Source: a virus | Lineage: Duplodnaviria > Caudoviricetes | Direction: 5' to 3' (one strand) | Virus record (IMG/VR): IMGVR_UViG_3300031718_000011 | Coordinates: 1-60,890 of that record | DNA length: 60,890 bases | Part shown: positions 58,348 through 60,890 of the stretch, in pieces | How the letters are laid out: each line of letters starts with the position of its first letter | Numbering within the stretch: position 1 is the first letter of the stretch | Program-made: the position numbers and the translations under genes | The notes under the pieces: model-generated | Seen by the model: the letters and a program-made list of their open reading frames with translations, nothing else | Told to the model about the DNA's origin: nothing | Database searches by the model: none

Positions 58348-59286
58348 ATGACCGCGAACCTCCAAAACCCCATTTTCACGGACGAGACCAAAGCCCGCGA
58401 ATGGCTAGAGGCGCGCGTTTGGCCGAATGGTCCTGTTTGCCCTCACTGTGGCGCTACAGGCGATGACGTGACGGCGCTCAATGGTAAGGCCCATCGTCCG
58501 GGCCTTTATCAGTGCAGCCAATGCCGCGAGCAATTCACCGTGACCGTAAAGACGGTGTTCGAGCGCAGCAAAATCCCTTTGTCCAAATGGCTAGCCGCGC
58601 TGTTCCTGCTCACCGCGTCCAAGAAAGGCGTCAGCGCCCATCAAGTGCATCGCTCGCTCGGCATTTCGTACAAGTCGAGCTGGTTCATGATGCACAGGCT
58701 GCGTGAAGCCCTGCGCTCCGATTCCAAGGGCCAGCTAGGCGGCCCCGGCAAGATCGTTGAAGCGGATGAAACATTCATTGTGAACAAGAAGGGCGCGCCA
58801 GTTCGCACAGGCTACGCTCACAAGATGGCGGTCATGAGCCTTGTCGAGCGCGATGGTCCGATCCGCTCAGTGGTCCTAGATCGCGTCAATCGCATGGAAG
58901 TAAACCGCGTTATCCGTCGCAACGTGCATGCGGAAAGCAGGCTCATGACGGACGCGGCGGCTTACTACAAGGCTCGCAATCGTTTTGGCATCGCGGAGCA
59001 CGAAAAGGTCAATCACGATCAAGGCGAATACGTACATGGCGACGTGCACGTGAACACGCTCGAAGGCTACTATTCGATCTTCAAACGCGGCATGAAGGGC
59101 GTCTATCAGCATTGTAGCGAACAGCATTTGCATCGCTACGTTTCTGAATTCGATTTCCGCTACAACACGCGCACTCGCTTGGGCTTCAACGATCTAATGC
59201 GCGCTGAAAAAGCGGCAGAGGGCATCAAGGGCAAAAGGCTAACTTATCGACGGCCTGCTAAACTCGCTCAATCGCCTGCGAATTAA
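58348..59286 (+). CDS. IS1595-family transposase
   Basis: WPNGPVCPHC...C..C Zn ribbon, VEADET, LMTD, NTLEGYYSIFKR, EFDFRYN. Confidence 0.95.
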   Translation: MTANLQNPIFTDETKAREWLEARVWPNGPVCPHCGATGDDVTALNGKAHRPGLYQCSQCREQFTVTVKTVFERSKIPLSKWLAALFLLTASKKGVSAHQVHRSLGISYKSSWFMMHRLREALRSDSKGQLGGPGKIVEADETFIVNKKGAPVRTGYAHKMAVMSLVERDGPIRSVVLDRVNRMEVNRVIRRNVHAESRLMTDAAAYYKARNRFGIAEHEKVNHDQGEYVHGDVHVNTLEGYYSIFKRGMKGVYQHCSEQHLHRYVSEFDFRYNTRTRLGFNDLMRAEKAAEGIKGKRLTYRRPAKLAQSPAN

Positions 59287-59324
59287 ACGCGACGCAGAAC
59301 GCTTCATGCGATGGAGAAAACACC

Positions 59325-59588
59325 ATGGCTGACAAATCGAAACTTTTATTAGATCAGGCCGCGACGGTATCGTGGGCAGATATAGGCCAAATGCGGCCTG
59401 TTAGTCCGGGCGTATCTTTAGCGCCCCATAGTCGTAACAGAGATTTTGAATCAGTCAGAAACGCAGTCCAATTCATTATGGAAAAGCTAGATGCAGGAAG
59501 CAGAAGCAGCGCAATGATTCTTACCGATGGGGCAACGCTGCACTATGCTGACATCGAAGCGATATATGCTCAGATCAAACAGCCTTAG
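59325..59588 (+). CDS. IS passenger, hypothetical protein
   Basis: GGAG RBS, F.SV..AV.F.ME.L pattern. Confidence 0.6.
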   Translation: MADKSKLLLDQAATVSWADIGQMRPVSPGVSLAPHSRNRDFESVRNAVQFIMEKLDAGSRSSAMILTDGATLHYADIEAIYAQIKQP

Positions 59589-59740
59589 TGATCTTTTTCT
59601 TTTGGGTTTTGGGTTTTTCGAGTTTTTTTGCCCTGTGTTGTGGCGGCGATTTAGCCACAGCGTCAACGGCACGCTCAAAGCGTGACCATGCCTCGGAATC
59701 GACTTCCGATGTGGAATTATCACCTTTGGAAAGCTTAGCC

Positions 59741-60442
59741 ATGTCTCGCCAGCCCTTTCTACCATTCCTTCTCAGAAACCGCAGCGGTCAATTTAACGTC
59801 GGAACCCACGCACTACAGCAACGCCCCGAAATTGAACTGCTAATTGCCCATTGTCTCATGGCTTGGCCGCCGGCAGAAGCAGAAATGGCGCTTTTGTTGG
59901 CACACCTACTCGGTGCTGAACAAAGTGAGGCGGCTCTGGCCGTTTTTCAATCGCTCCGGCGTTCTTCCGCTCAACGGGATGCAATTTCCGAGGCCGCGCG
60001 CACCACCATCAGCGACGCTAATCAGGAATTGCTTAACGCGATTCTCAATGCGCATAAGGCCGTCGAATCCGAAAGAAATGCTCTCACGCATGGTCATTTT
60101 GGAACCTATAGCCTGCTCCTAGATGGCATCGTTTGGATGGACACTAAATCGTACATTGATACGAAAGTGCGCGGCGAGCTCGGCCATCAAGTTATGAGCG
60201 AGCATTTTCTGGAGAAAATGTATTCCAAAGTCTACGTTTACAAGGCTTCAGACGTACAAACGTCGTTTGAGGATATCAAGGACATTGCCGACATCTGGAA
60301 TAAATTCACCCACTATTTGCGGGTTCAGCCTGATGTGTCGCTATCCTCTGGATTATACCGCCAACTATGTGCGCGACCGCGTATTCAGCAAGAGTTGCTG
60401 AAACTCCGTCGTAAAAATACTCCTCCAATTCAGCCCGAATAG
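59741..60442 (+). CDS. IS passenger, helical protein with a HEPN-like RxxxxH motif
   Basis: ERNALTHG in an all-helical context. Confidence 0.55.
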   Translation: MSRQPFLPFLLRNRSGQFNVGTHALQQRPEIELLIAHCLMAWPPAEAEMALLLAHLLGAEQSEAALAVFQSLRRSSAQRDAISEAARTTISDANQELLNAILNAHKAVESERNALTHGHFGTYSLLLDGIVWMDTKSYIDTKVRGELGHQVMSEHFLEKMYSKVYVYKASDVQTSFEDIKDIADIWNKFTHYLRVQPDVSLSSGLYRQLCARPRIQQELLKLRRKNTPPIQPE

Positions 60443-60636
60443 CAGCCGCTAAATCCGGGCAAGACACTGTGAATGTTTCGGGCGCGCCAACCCCTTGCGG
60501 GGTGGGCAGCATACCCACATTTTGTCCCTGCTTTGTCAAGGTTATAATCCCCCTTTCCAGACCGTAAAACTATCGTCGCCTATGTGGTAAATGCCAACCC
60601 AAACAACTTTATTGTCAAGTTCCACTACCTGCACAG

Positions 60637-60890
60637 TCACGCCGGCACCCGCAATGTGCTTTTCGTGAGCAATGCCGTCAGTGCAATCACCCGCTGCTCG
60701 TCGGTGTATTCGGGGATCAGGGGAATGCCGTCCTTGCCGGTGAGTGCGCTCTTTTCGATCCAAAGCCCCGCGAGTTTGGCCTTGCAGATGATCGCCTGAA
60801 CTGCGGCAGAGGCCCCACCTTTTTCCCGCATGGCCTTGAGTCGTGCGTCGTCGGTTTCGACAATCAAGGAGGCCACCGAAGTCTCAGCCA
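60637..60890 (-). CDS. terS: Terminase small subunit, 3' part
   Basis: In frame with 1..338 across the circular junction. Confidence 0.8.
   Translation of the reverse strand, partial: AETSVASLIVETDDARLKAMREKGGASAAVQAIICKAKLAGLWIEKSALTGKDGIPLIPEYTDEQRVIALTALLTKSTLRVPA

Larger units (their letters stand above)
58282..60552 (+). mobile_element. IS1595-family element (ISNwi1-like) with passenger genes
   Basis: TIRs GG(T/G)GATTATAACCTTGACAAAGCAG at both ends, and an 8-bp TSD CTTTCCAG at 58274-58281 and 60553-60560. Confidence 0.95.
58113..60640 (-). pseudogene. 82-aa gene downstream of terS, split by an IS (60640..60553 plus 58273..58113)
   Basis: Removing the IS and one TSD copy restores an open frame VTVQVVELDNK...TVWKGLASDRSSGK...YWARM*. 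It is coupled to terS by a GTGA overlap and ends 3 nt before the next ATG. Confidence 0.8.

Noticed and set aside
60764-60890. 127-bp terminal repeat as a biological terminal repeat
   Set aside because: The length equals a common assembler k-mer and it falls mid-terS, so it is most likely a circularisation overlap.

Overview
The window is a complete, circularly assembled ~60.8-kb tailed-phage genome. Bases 1-127 equal bases 60764-60890, which looks like an assembly overlap. The virion module is P22/Bcep22-like podoviral: TerS, TerL, portal, scaffold, P22-type coat, gp4- and gp10-like tail proteins, and three ejection proteins, one with a SleB-type hydrolase. No tape measure gene is visible. 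The host is probably a Hyphomicrobiales alphaproteobacterium (Bradyrhizobium-like porin and Cro-like proteins). I recognised no integrase or CI repressor, yet the genome carries two intact IS1595-family elements with passenger genes. One has an 8-bp target duplication and splits the gene right after terS. The most unusual signal is that at least eight late-region proteins start with Sec-type signal peptides. They include tail-fibre/tailspike-like proteins, one with a virion-attachment domain. Seven have even Cys counts in the mature part, suggesting receptor-binding or decoration proteins that are exported, folded with disulfides in the periplasm and possibly added to virions only at lysis. 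Other features are two dispersed bipartite repeat families at gene boundaries (one forms inward-facing inverted pairs around single genes), a highly structured coat-gene leader, a candidate sRNA and a long GCC repeat. All protein-family calls come from motif recognition by eye, not database searches.
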